Assembly: GCA_973895155.1 (NCBI GenBank)
Contig: OZ316891.1
Location: 16,354,248-16,418,247, forward strand
DNA: 64,000 nucleotides
Direction: 5' to 3'
From: Marsupella aquatica
Taxonomy: Eukaryota > Plantae > Marchantiophyta
The notes under the pieces were generated by a model. That model was not told the origin of the DNA and made no database searches. It worked only from the letters and a program-made list of their open reading frames with translations. Both the position numbers and the translations under genes were made by a program. This document shows, in pieces, positions 1 to 12,542 of the stretch. How positions within the stretch are numbered: the stretch's first letter is position 1; the number at the start of each line of letters is the position of its first letter.

Positions 1-1725
1 GGTGTGAATACTAATTGGTTTCAACTTTTTATCATACTGCTGCTTCATGGTTTTTTGTCTATATTCTATTCTCTCAGCTGAAATCATTCTTGCCTCCTCT
101 AAAGCTTCTAATCTATATTCTCGCTCCTTTAGGCTCTCCTCCGCTGAGACTCTTTCCTCAATTGTAACTTGAAATGTCGGTATCTCAAGTTGCATGGGTA
201 CCAGAGCTTCTTGTCCAAAGGTTAAGAAAAAGGGTGTATGTCCGGTGGTGGATTTATAGGCTAAATTATAAGCAAAAACAACAGCAAACAATTTATCATC
301 CCAATCGAGTTTGTTTTGAGCTACTGTTTTGTTTAATATCTTTCCTATAATCCCATTGGCTCGTTCTGTCAACCCATTTGCCTTTGGATGGTAGGGAGTA
401 GTAGGCCTATGTCTAACTAAATACTGCTCATTTAAACGACTAATTATATCATTCAGAAAATGGGTTCCTCTATCACTAACTAATTCTAGGGGTGCTCCAT
501 ACTTGGTGAAGATCTGCTCATACATGAATCTAGCCGTAGTAATTGCATCATCCTTCGTGGTTGGTCTGGCCTCTACCCATTTAGTTTCATAATCCGTAGC
601 CAGGATTATATACTTGTTTCGTCGGGGGTGGGTCAGTGGTTTCAGAGGTCCGATGTAATCAATACCCCACTTCTCGAATGGTGCCAGAGGTAGAATAGGG
701 TGTAGTGGATGTCTGGTGGACGCCCTTGGTCCTCCCGCTCGTTGACAAGGATCGCATTGTTTGATAAACTGATAGACATCCTTGTGCAAGGTGGGCCACC
801 AATAACCGGCATTTAATATCTTTTTAGACGTGGTTACTGGGGCAAAATGTCCGCCGGCTTCTTCTCCATGCATAGCCCGTAAGACTCGTTTTACCTCTCC
901 CTTTTCTAAACACCTTTGAATAGTGCCGCTGATTCCATACCTGTGTAGTACACCCTTAATGTACTGATACTGTCTGACCTTCCGCAAAAAGACTGCGGCT
1001 TGTTCTCGGCTTAATCCTGGCTGTAATCTGGAAGTGCTGAGAAAATGTAAAATCTCAGGGTACCATGTATCAGCTAATTCCACAACAAATAGCTCCTCGT
1101 CGGGGAATCGATCGTCGATGCAATCCTTGGCAGGTTCACCTGTGATTCTTGAAAAGAAGTCGGCATTGGCGTGTAACTTTCCCGGCTTGATCCTCAGCTC
1201 ATAGTCAAACTCCTGTAATAGCAAAATCCATCTTGCTACTTTGCCTGTAAGGTCCGGCTTATTGACTAGGTACTTCAAACTTTCATGATCGGTATGAAAG
1301 ATTACCTTGTACCCTAGTAAATAATGCCTAAACTTTTTACAGGAATAAATGACTCCTAATGCTTCTCTCTCTGTGGTGGAGTAGTTCCGTTCGGCATCGG
1401 CAAGTTGACAGCTTGCGAACTATATGGGATGGTCCCTTCCTTTCTCATCCAACTGACTTAGTACTGAGCCGATACAGAAGCCCGAGACATCTACTAAAAC
1501 ATGAAAATCTTTGTTCCAGTCCGGTGCTATCATGACTGGGGCCTCTACTAACATTTGCTTCAATTCTACCACCGCCGTTACTCGTTCGGGTGTGGGTTCA
1601 AAGTCTGCTCCTGCCTTGAGCATGTTGGTTAATGGTAAAGCTAGCTTGGCAAAATCCTTGATGAACCGGCGATAGTAACCAATGCATCCCAAGAAGGATC
1701 TTACATCCTTTATGTTCTTAGGTTG
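1..1725 (-). pseudogene. pol: Family A pol 3' part: RNase H and integrase (disrupted)
   Basis: QPKNIKDVRSFLGCIGYYRRFIKDF, VDVSGFCIGSVLSQ, FHTDH, WGIDYIGP, SDRGTHF, ANGLTERAN; premature TAG at 1420; resumes the frame interrupted at 10124. Confidence 0.9.
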
Positions 1726-2101
1726 TGTGATGCCTAGCCAGGAATCACTCGGCCAGTTAAGTGGGTAAAGCAGGAGTGCACCCTAGAAACACCTTAGTAT
1801 AGGGACAAAACAAGGAAAATATAAACAATTAGGGGCGACTATGGAACCCAGGCCGAGGCCGGAGGTAAGGACGTTGGGGGTGAAAACAAGATTAGGGTTA
1901 GGGCGCGCTAAGCATCGGCGGCTAGGAAGGATCAACGGGAGAAAGGACCGGAAGAGGAGAGGGGTAAGGAGCGCTTGCAAGAGATGGTGGCTCATTTGCG
2001 AGCATGAACTAGGGAGACGACTACGGGAGGCCAACTACTATTAGCTGCTTAGGCAAGCACTCGGGGAGAGAGTAGATACCGACGATCGACCTAAGGAGGG
2101 T

Positions 2102-5100
2102 ATGAGCAACGTCAATCAAGCGGCACATTTCTGGGGATGCCTGTTCGAACGGGCAACTAAGTACATCAAGACTTACGAGGACGAAGAATCAGAAAGGGCA
2201 GCTCGAGAACGATAGGAGCTCGCTCGATTGTGGGAGCTGCAAAAGACGGCTTTCTTAGGAGGCAAACTCATCAAGGCCGAGTTCTTGTGGACTCCTACTT
2301 CCAATCAGCTCGACGATCTTCTGTTTTGCGAAGACAGAATCATCGGCATTCGAGAGGCCATCAAGAATTGCAACGACATACACTGGGAATTGAAGGGTAG
2401 CACGGAAAGGTGGACCTAGGCAACGGTGCTAGGAGAAACCTCCACGGCAGCCGAGATGAAGAGGAAGGGAGCCATCAACGATGAAGCCACCCTGGAAAAA
2501 AGAACGAGGTCGGCGGCACCAAAGAAGCCAGCCGAGCAGCAGAGCAGGAGGTAGGGAGAAGCCGAAGAGGAGGAGGTCGATCCCATCAATGCCATTCCAA
2601 CCAGGGATGACACCTGGAAGGGCTGGGCGGCAACCCTACCAGCGGAGGTGCAACTACATTTTGCACGGGAGGAGGATGCATGCTTTACGGCCATGCAGAC
2701 CAAGAAGTACCAAGGCTTCATGGCCGGATCCGGCTTAGAGGCCTTTGTAAGATTACCATGGCTGAAGCCGGAGGTACCGGATTCAGACCTATTAGAATTC
2801 GTGGGGTCATGGGAACCCGAGACCAATTGCACGAGGATATATGGGAAGGATTTCTATCTTACTCCCAAGGTGATTCCCGAAGTGTTTGGCTTGCCGATAG
2901 GCAATAAGACCAAAGTTGATACCAGGAAGACCTTGCCTGACAAGGAGTTTTGGTCGTTCCCCGGGCCATCAACGAAGAATGGCTTCTTCCGGAACACCTG
3001 CACCAACCCGCACATAGGAGAGATGATCCACTTCTTGCGGGTGACCATGCATTGTAACTTGCCGAGGGCAGAGATCGGCAAGGCACAGGTCTATCTGGCA
3101 GAGAGGCTAGACCCAAGCCGGGACTACAATGGGTACCTCCTCAACCAATTGAAGAAGATCTTAAAGGAGGAGTAGCAGGTAATTGACATGGGGAGCGTGT
3201 CGCGGCTTGGCTATCACATGCCGCTGTTGTGCCGGTATGCCAGAGGTCAGACCTTTGCCCCAGTACTTCCCCTGTAGGTAAGGGCACCCGAGGAAGCCCC
3301 AGCACCGAGGCCGGTAGCAGAGAAGCCTCAACCACCTGTTAGCCCTACGATTGAGCAGGTGTTTAGGCCAAGGAAGGAAGACTTGCCGATGCAGCAACCA
3401 AGCATACAGAATCTGCTGAAAATGCTGGAGAAGGAAAAGACGGCACCAGCACCGGCTTCAGCAGCAACACCAATACAGGACACTGCCCCAGAGGTCAACC
3501 TAAGCAGAATCAGGCCAGAATCCAAGCCGGGTGTTCGAATGTACGTGGGAGTCTCAAGCTCTGAATCTGAGGTAGAATTGCCTGAAGCTCCTACCGACGA
3601 AGAAGAGAGGGAGAAGCCGGAAGTCCAAGAAGTAGAGGAGGCAGTGGAGGACTACAGCCATGATAACTCCGGCTATGGGTTGGACCATCACGTTCCAGGA
3701 GTAAGGACCTGTGGCCGGTTTATCCCCACACTTCCAAGGGTAGTACGGGGGGACCCCAACCAGCAGAGTAGCCCTGAGTCTCCCCCACCAGATGTTGCTC
3801 CCCCGAGCTTTGACGGCATAAAACAGACGGCGCAGGAATTTCAGGAGCGAATCAGGCAGGAAGAGAAGGCAGCCCTGGCCAGGGAAAAGGATTTGCCAGG
3901 AGGAGATTGGCCGGAGGACATCAGGCGGCTAGCCGAAAAAGGAAGCAAACCTCTAGCCACGATTGAAGAGATCTGCAAGACGGCTTGGGAGCAGAGGCCA
4001 CGATGGGCGATGCCGATCACTTCTACTTATTCCACCTACGCTAAGAATAGAGCCATGGAGTATGGTGAGATGTGTGGGGAACTTGCGCTCGGCATCTTTG
4101 GGGAGGAGTTGGAGGTAGGACCCTTTTTCCATAGGGAGCAGTTGGAGAAGAACCAATTAGAAGAAGCGGTGGCTTTAGAGAGAAGCAAGAAGGACGAGGT
4201 CATCCGACGGCTTAGGAGGATGGAAGCCGAGATTGAAGATCTAAGGGCGGCCAAGAAAGCCCAAGATGAACTGCGGATTAAGCGGCATGAGCTGAACATG
4301 ATGCAGGGGTAGTTGGACACCGCGCAGGCTGATAATTAGATTATCAAGGATAAACTGACTCAGACCCAGGGAGAATTGGCCGACGCAATCAAGGACAGGG
4401 AGAAATGGAAGAAGGAGCTGAGAAACGCAGAGGAGGCCCATATAGCAATCAACAACCGGGTCACGGCGGAGACTCAGAGAAGGGAGAGGGCGCTGAAGGG
4501 GGAGCTCGAGAAAATCCGCAGAGTCCTTGAGCAGAAGGACGCCGAGTTAGGGAAATCCTATCAAAGGATTATTGCGCTACAGCAAGAGCTTGCATCCCTG
4601 ACGGCCAGCTTCAAGGCCGACCTGCGGGAGAAGGACGCCCAGCTCGACCAGACTTATGCCAAGATGAATAACATGGAGTCTGAGGTCGTAGCGGAGCTCG
4701 ACAAGGAGCTGAGAGCAACCCGGGAGGAGAGGGCTACCACCAAGAAGGAATTGGAGGAAGCCCACAGGGAATTGGAGGAAGCCAAAAACGAGCAGGAGAA
4801 GGCACGTAAGGACCTGGATGAGACCCAGGAGGAGTTGGAGGAAATCACAAGGAAGATGGAGAACCTACAACGGCGGGCCGACAACCAAACTGAGCGGCTG
4901 AAGAAACAAGCCGCAGTATTTAAATTCTTAGCTGCATCAGGTCCATCTCCCGTTGGGGCAAACCAGTTACCAGGGGTGGTAATTACCGAAGGTTCAGCCA
5001 TGACACACGGCCCGGTGCCGAACGTTGGCGGCAAAGGGAAGGAACAGGCTATGGAGATAGTGAAGAAGAAGAAGCGGAAACCTTCGGGGTCCGGAGGATA

Positions 5101-5443
5101 TTCGACCCCTCAAGCCGTACTCAAACCAACGCCAACCTCCGGCATGAACACGGCAATAGATTCCGCTATCACCAAAGGTGGGGATGGCGCGGCCCAAGCC
5201 AAACTACTCAGTAATGAGGCCGGTATCCCAGATCCACCTCTTGAGCAGGCCGGGGAGACAGAGGCTGGGGCCGTAACCGAGAATGATTCCCGAGCCGATG
5301 CCGAAGCCGAGGGTGGGCCCAGTCAGGCCGATGAAAAGTTGACTCAATCAGAGGCAGGTAATCTGTCAGAGGACAGACCAACGGTAGTGGTTGCGGAGGA
5401 AGCATTGGGGGCATCCATTGAGGATCCACCACCGGTGTCGTGA
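2102..5443 (+). pseudogene. Family A LTR-encoded ORF, copy 1 (~1110 codons, several premature stops)
   Basis: ATG at 2102 (MSNVNQAAH) in a single frame to TGA at 5443; stops at about 2212, 2417, 2551, 3173, 4310 read through in other copies. Confidence 0.85.
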
Positions 5444-5866
5444 CGGTGCAAGGGCGCCGTTCCTTTTAGGAAGGGCGGACGTGGAGGTAGGAGGTGTGAG
5501 TGGGCAGGGCGGGCGCTGATCTCCAAGTTTAGGATTAGGATCAGGACCAGGAGCGGCCCTGACACTTAGCTTAGTGGGATTGCGGTTCCACTGGTAGGAG
5601 CAACACTTGTGCTCCTGCCTTGCTGTACATAGGTAGTTTCGGGCAGGTAGGTTACTGTTAGGTAGATTAGGCTTACGCTGCAAAGAATTAGGCGGATCCA
5701 CGGGAGAAAGGACCGGAAGAGGAGAGGGGTAAGGAGCGCTTGCAGGAGATGGTGGCTCATTTGCAAGCACAAACTAGGCAGACGACTACGGGAGGCCAAC
5801 TACTATCAGCTGCTTAGGCAAGCACTTGGGGAGAGAGTAGATACCGACAATCGACCTAAGGAGGGT

Positions 5867-8800
5867 ATGAGCAACGTCAATCAAGCGGCACATTTTTGGG
5901 GATGCCTGTTCAAACGGGCAACTGAGTACATCAAGACTTACGAGGACGAAGAATCAGAAAGGGCAGCTCGAGAACGACAAGAGCTCGCTCGATTGTGGGA
6001 GCTACAAAAGACGGCTTTCTTAGGAGGCGAACTCATCAAGGCCAAGTTCTTGTGGACTCCTACTTCCAATCAGCTCGACGATCTTCTGTTTTGCGAAGAC
6101 AGAATCATCGGCATTCGAGAGGCCATCAAGAATTGCAACGACATACACTGGGAATTGAAGGGTAGCACGGAAAGGTGGACCCAGGCAACGGTGCTAGGAG
6201 AAACCTCCACGGCAGCCGAGATGAAGAGGAAGGGAGCCGTCAACGATGAAGCCACCCCAGCAAAAAGAACGAGGTCGGCGGCACCAAAGAAGCCAGCCGA
6301 GCAGCAGAGCAGGAGGCAGGGAGAAGCCGAAGAGGAGGAGGTCAATCCCATCAATGCCATTCCAACCAGGGATGACACCTGGAAGGGCTGGGCGGCAACC
6401 CTACCAGCGGAGGTGCAACTACATTTTGCACGGGAGGAGGATGCATGCTTTACGGCCATGCAGACCAAGAAGTACCAAGGCTTCATGGCCGGATCCGGCT
6501 TAGAGGCCTTTGTAAGATTACCATGGCTGAAGCCGGAGGTACCGGATTCAGACCTATTAGAATTCGTGGGGTCATGGGAACCCGAGACCAATTGCACGAG
6601 GATATATGGGAAGGATTTCTATCTTACTCCCAAGGTGATTGCCGAAGTGTTTGGCTTGCCGATAGGCAATAAGACCAAAGTTGATACCAGGAAGACCTTG
6701 CCTGACAAGGAGTTTTGGTCGTTCCCCGGGCCATCAACGAAGAATGGCTTCTTCCGGAACACCTGCACCAACCCGCACATAGGAGAGATGATCGACTTCT
6801 TGCGGGTGACCATGCATTGTAACTTGCCGAGGGCAGAGATTGGCAAAGCACAGGTCTATCTGGCAGAGAGGCCAGACCCAAGCGGGGACTACAATGGGTA
6901 CCTCCTCAACCAATTGAAGAAGATCTTAAAGGAGGAGCAGTAGGTAATCGGCATGGGGAGCGTGTCGCGGCTTGGCTATCACATGCCGCTGTTGTGCCGG
7001 TATGCCAGAGGTCAGACCTTTGCCCCAGTACTTCCCCTGCAGGGAAGGGCACCCGAGGAAGCTCCAGCACCGAGGCCGGTAGCAGAGAAGCCTCAACCAC
7101 CTGTTAGCCCTACGATTGAGCAGGTGTTTAGGCCAAGGAAGGAAGACTTGCCAATGCAGCAACCAAGCATACAGAATGTGCTGAAAATGCTAGAGAAGGA
7201 AAAGACGGCACCGGCTTTGGCAGCACCACCAATACAGGACACTGCCCCAGAGATCAACCTAAGCAGAGTCAGGCCAGAATCCAAGCCGGGTGTTCGAATG
7301 TACGTGGGAGTCTCAAGCTCTGAATCTGAGGCAGAATTGCCTGAAGCTCCTACCGACGAAGAAGAGAGGGAGAAGCCGGAAGTCCAAGAAGTAGAGGAGG
7401 CAGTGGAGGACTGCAACCATGATAACTCCGGCTATGGGTCGGACCATCACGTTCCAGGAGTAAGGACCTATGGCCGGTTTATCCCCACATTTCCAAGGGT
7501 AGTACGAGGGGACCCCAACCAGCAGAGTAGCCCTGAGTCTCCCCCACCAGATGTTGCTCCCCCGAGCTTTGACGGCATAAAACAGACGGCGCAGGAATTT
7601 CAGGAGCGAATCAGGCAGGAAGAGAAGGCAGCCCTGGCTAGGGAAAAGGATTTGCCAGGAGGAGATTGGCCGGAGGACATCAGGCGTCTAGCCGAAAAAG
7701 GAAGCAAACCTCTAGCCACGATTGAAGAGATCTGCAAGACGGCTTGGGAGCAGAGGCCGCGATGGGCAATGCCGATCACTTCTACTTATTCCACCTACGC
7801 TAAGAATAGAGCCATGGAGTATGGTGAGATGTGTGGGGAACTTGCGCTCGACATCTTTGGGGAGGAGTTGGAGGTAGGACCCTTTTTCCATATGGAGCAG
7901 TTGGAGAAGCACCAATTAGAAGAAGCGGTGGCTTTAGAGAGAAGCAAGAAGGACGAGGTCATTCGGCGGCTTAGGAGGATGGAAGCCGAGATTGAAGATC
8001 TAAGGGCGGCCAAGAAAGCCCAAGATGAACTGCGGATTAAGCGGCATGAGCTGAACATCATGCAGGGGCAGTTGGACACAGCGCAGGCTGATAATCAGAT
8101 TATCAAGGATAAACTGACTCAGACCCAGGGAGAATTGGCCGATGCAATCAAGGACAGGGAGAAATGGAAGAAGGAGCTGAGAGACGCAGAGGAGGCCCAT
8201 ATAGCAGTCAACAACCGGGTCACGGCGGAGACTCAAAGAAAGGAATGGGCGTTGAAGGGGGAGCTCGAGAAAATCCGCAGAGTCCTTGAGCAGAAGGAGG
8301 CCGAGTTAGGGAAATCCTATCAAGGGATTATTGCGCTACAGCAGGAGCTTGCATCCCTGACAGCCAGCTTCAAGGCCGACCTGCGGGAGAAGGACGCCCA
8401 GCTCGACCAGACTTATGCCAAGATGAATAACATGGAGTCTGAGGTCATAGCGGAGCTCGACAAGGAGCTAAGAGCAACCCGGGAGGAGAGGGCTACCACC
8501 AAGAAGGAATTGGAGGAAGCCCACAAGGAATTGGAGGAAGCCAAAAATGAGCTGGAGGAGGCACGTAAGGACCTGGATGAGACCCAGGAGGAGTTGGAGG
8601 AAATCACGAGGAAGATGGAGAACCTACAGCGGCGGGCCGACAACCAAACGGAGCGGCTAAAGAAACAAGCCGCAGTATTTAAATGCTTAGCTGCATCAGG
8701 TCCATCTCCCGTTGGGGCAAACCAGTTACCAGGGGTGGTAATTACCGAAGGACCAGCTGTGACACACGGCCCGGTGCCGGACGTTGATGGCAAAGGGAAG

Positions 8801-9202
8801 GAACAGGCCGTGGAAATAGTGAAGAAGAAGAAGCGGAAACCTTCGGGGTCCGAAGGTTATTCGACCCCTCAAGCCGTACTCAAACCGGCACCAACCTCCG
8901 GCATGAACACGGCAATAGATTCCGCTATCACCAAAGGTGGGGATGGCGCGGCCCAAGCCAAACTACTCAGTAATGAGGCCGGTATCCCAGATCCACCTCT
9001 TGAGCAGGCCGGGGAGACAGAGGCTGGGGCCGTAACCGAGAATGATTCTCGAGCCGATGCCGAAGCCGAGGGTGGGCCTAGTCAGGCCGATGAAAAGTTG
9101 ACTTGGTCAGAGGCAGGTAATCTGTCAGAGGACGGACCAACTGCAGTGGTTGCGGAGGAAGCATTGGGGGCGTCCATTGAGGATCCACCACCGGTGTCAT
9201 GA
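5867..9202 (+). pseudogene. Family A LTR-encoded ORF, copy 2 (~1110 codons, one premature stop): PMD/Transposase_32-like motif, Pro/Glu-rich linker, long coiled coil
   Basis: 358-aa and 749-aa ORFs in one frame separated by TAG at 6941-6943 (CAG in the minus-strand copy); motif GLEAFVRLPW..LLEFVGSW..RIYGKDFYLTPKVIAEVFGLPIG; heptad-rich E/K/Q region. Confidence 0.85.
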
Positions 9203-10123
9203 CGGTGCAAGAGCGCCGTTCCTTTTAGGAAGGGCGGACGTGGAGGTAGGAGGCGTGAGTGGGCAGGGCGGGCGTTGATCTCCAAGTTTAGGATTAGGAT
9301 CAGGACCAGGAGCGGCCCTGACACTTAGCTTAGTGGGATTGCGGTTCCACTGGTAGGAGCAACACTTGTGCTCCTGCCTTGCTGTACATAGGTAGTTTCG
9401 GGCAGGTAGGTTACTATTAGGTAGATTAGGTTTACGCTGAAAAGAATTAGGCGGATCCACTACTAGGATAAGTACCTGGGCAGCGGGGAGCTCCTGGCCT
9501 CTTCTTTATCAAGTTTTTAGTTTGCACCAGCCGGGCTGGGATCAAGTAGTAAGAGAAGCTCTCGGTTAGTCATACCGTGACCTTGTGTATATTCATGTTT
9601 CCTCATGCCTAAGAGCTGAATAGAGTTGGCCTCACGGCTTAGTTCGCAGAGCTTGTGTATGAGATGTACTGTTTGTATGGCAAGTGCATGGTATGACTCA
9701 GTCAGAAGGAGTCATTTTGCTATTTGTGTGTCGCATTAACTTGTGTGAAGAGTGCCCACATCAACCAGAAGGAAGGAAAGTAAACAAGGGAGTGAGAGTT
9801 GGATGTGTCGAGTTGAGAGAGGTCTTAGCGGCTTAACCAAGCCTATTGGGGATCATTCCGGCGGTGGAATCCAAACATACCTAACCAGAAGGAGAGGAAG
9901 ACAAGGGAAGGCCTAGATTAGGCCGGCTACGTATCTCATGACCCGATGAAGGATCTGTCCAGTATATGTGTGTAAAAGGCTAATAGTAATAAGAGGAGGA
10001 GGTTAGCAGCGTCCCATGCCGCTAAACCGCGGAAACGGCCTCGCCAAGCGCGAAACCTACGGGAATCGGCTTGAGCTGGGGGGTTTCTTGGGTTAAGGGA
10101 GCCATGGGACGCACCACAGGTTG

Positions 10124-12537
10124 CATGATATCTAGCCATACTGCTAGCTTACCTTTGTCAATCTCAATGCCCTTCCTTGATACCTTGTGACCTAGTAGCA
10201 CCCCCTCGGTTACTACAAAGAAACATTTATCTGGGTGTAACTTGAGACCTATCTCTCTGCATCTCATGAAGGTTTTCCTGAGGTATTTAGCATGTTTCGA
10301 TGCCTTCCCGAATACTGCAAAGTCATCAATGAAGATTTCCATGAACTTTCTCAAGTAATCATGAAAAATGTTCACCATCAATCGTTGGAACATAGCTGGT
10401 GCGTTGCAGAGTCCAAACGGCATACGATTGAAGACATAGATCCCCCATTCCGTGATGAAGGCTGTCTTGATTTGGTCTTCCTGCTGAATCCTGATTTGGT
10501 TATAACCAGAGTACCCATCCATGAATGAATATAGTTCATGACTGGCTACCATGTCTAGTACCATATCAGTAAAGGGTAAGGGAAAATGGTCTTTTAACGT
10601 CGCTTCATTCAGCTTCCTGTAATCCTGACAAACCCGGATCTTGGGTTTACCATCGGGTCCAGCTTTCTTGGGAACTATCACAATTGGAGACACCCAGTCT
10701 GAATGCAGGACTGGAGTGATGAATCCAGCTTCCACTAGTTTGTCGATTTCCATTTTGACCAGCAGGGAATACTTCGGGTTCATCCTTCGAATTGGTTGTC
10801 TGAATGATTTGGCTCCTAACATGAGATCAATTTGATGTTCCCCTAATGTTGGATCTACTCCCTTTAGATCTTGGTGACTCCATGCAAACACATCCTGAAA
10901 TTCAATCAGTAAGTCACTGATCTCTTTCTCAAGCTCAGGTGCTAGGTCTCTCCCTAAGTTTAGTTCCCTTCCTTCTCCTAAGTCGAGCTTCCAGTATTGC
11001 CGTGCTTGGATCATATTAATCTGCTTCTTCAAATTCGGGTCCAGCTCGGCTTCCAGCCTCTCTAGTCTCATACCTCCATAAACTGGAATCTCGGCTGTAC
11101 TAGTCGAATCAGTTTCTCCCTTGGTGCCCACAGACTGTCCCCTTGCCGGCCTATTCGGTTTTGAATTGGTAGTCGGTTTTCCTTCCTACCTCGGCTCTGG
11201 ATTCTGTCTGTGCATCTCATCCACCTCTTGCTCCTGAGGGTCAGGCCGCTGTGCTCTCCCGGCTTCTAATAGGGCCTCAATTTGTTCTGCCCTTGTAATC
11301 GGCTTGTATGCCGATCCCTTGGTATTTAATTCCTTGCCGATGATCGATGGCGTTGTGGACCCCGTCGGCTCTACCACAACGCCTGCAGAAAATCCACCGT
11401 CACGGGTATAGCTCCCCCCTTAGCCGTTCCATCCAACTGGCTTACTTCTTGTGCTTCCTCCGGAATTGCAGCTAAAAAGGTGGACTCTATGGCAAAGCAG
11501 TCCTCGGCTTCGTCTTCACAATCCTTCAAGTCATTCTCCATAGGTTCTTGCCATAGTCCGCTAGGGGATACCTCTGGTCCAAAGACACTTTCTTCGGTTT
11601 GGTCAGCGAGGCATTCTAACCATCGCACCTCATCGGCTGATTCCAGTCCACTGTCGTACCCGTCTACCTCCCTGATGTTTCTTCTACGGTCATCCTTGGT
11701 ATCCCAGGATACCGTGATAGAGGGGGTCCCAAAAGTGAACTCCTTCTTACCCCAATCCTCTATTACCTTGGCTAGGTATAGCCACGGTCTACCAATCAAT
11801 AGCCAAAATGACGTAGGATTTACCGGCTTCATTACTACATAGTTAATGCTAAAGAAGATACCTCCTATCTCTGTCTTGATGCTGGTTAACACTCCCGTGG
11901 GAATGACCTGATACCCATTGGCCATGTTCAACACTCTTCCAGTCATTTTTGGTGTTAGACCCCATCCTTTTGCTGTTGAGTCAATCATAATACATACCCC
12001 GGATCCTCCATCAATGGGTACCCGTAGTAATATTTCTCCTTGAATCATTAATGGTAAAGCTGGGGCTCCTTGATCTTCTTCTATCATCAGCACGTCGGAT
12101 TTGGTTGCTACCTTGGGTAATCTCGGCTTGCCGAGAATAGCCTTCCTTAATTGCTTCTGGAAGTACGGGCTATTTTTCAGTAGTTGACCAACTGTTGCCG
12201 AGACTCTAGACTCTAGCACATCTTTAGCCAGGTCATAGGGAACAATCGGCTTCTCCTCCGGTGGTGTCTCCATCTTGGCTTCGGCCTGTTTTTTCATGCT
12301 AGTCCCCACAGCCGTTGGATCTTCCGAAGCAAACAATGCTTTTGCTCGTTTCATATCCTTGGCTATGGCTTCAATATTCTCCAAGGTTTCTAATTCTCGC
12401 AGTTGTTCCTTAACACTAGCCGTGATAGATGGGTAGAACAACTTAGGGTGGTCTCGATTGAAGTCGCTATCCTGTGAAGGATTGGGCTCACTGGTGGGCT
12501 CATGGCTTACCTGTGTTGACGGTAGGGGGAACAACAG
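10124..12537 (-). pseudogene. pol: Family A pol: aspartic protease and reverse transcriptase (disrupted)
   Basis: PIDGGSGVCIM protease motif; RT motifs WVSPIVIVPKK, CQDYRKLN, FMDGYSGYNQI, RMPFGLCNAP, FIDDF; premature TAGs at 11371 and 11186. Confidence 0.9.
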
Positions 12538-12542
12538 CCCTT

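Larger units (their letters stand above)
1936..9460 (+). repeat. ~3765-bp direct tandem duplication inside the family A LTR remnant
   Basis: Homologous ORFs offset by 3765 (2481/6246, 2680/6445); junction at ~5694-5701 GGATCCAC, matching GGATCAAC at 1929-1936. Confidence 0.92.
1726..10118 (+). mobile_element. Family A LTR-only remnant (two fused LTR segments, 8.4 kb) inserted antisense in family A pol
   Basis: Starts TGTGATG (1726), ends CACCACA (10118); 5-bp TSD GGTTG at 1721-1725 and 10119-10123; matches the 16999-28727 LTR in reverse orientation; no gag/pol inside. Confidence 0.92.

Noticed and set aside
6941-6943. Programmed stop-codon read-through between the 358-aa and 749-aa ORFs
   Set aside because: The stop is not at the same codon in copy 1 and is CAG in copy 3, consistent with C>T decay.
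6953-9202. Coiled-coil ORF as a host SMC/myosin/tropomyosin gene
   Set aside because: No ATPase or motor motifs, no introns, and it always lies within LTR boundaries.
10022-11131. 369-aa ORF as a complete RT gene
   Set aside because: Pol fragment whose C-terminal ~35 codons run into the antisense LTR insertion.
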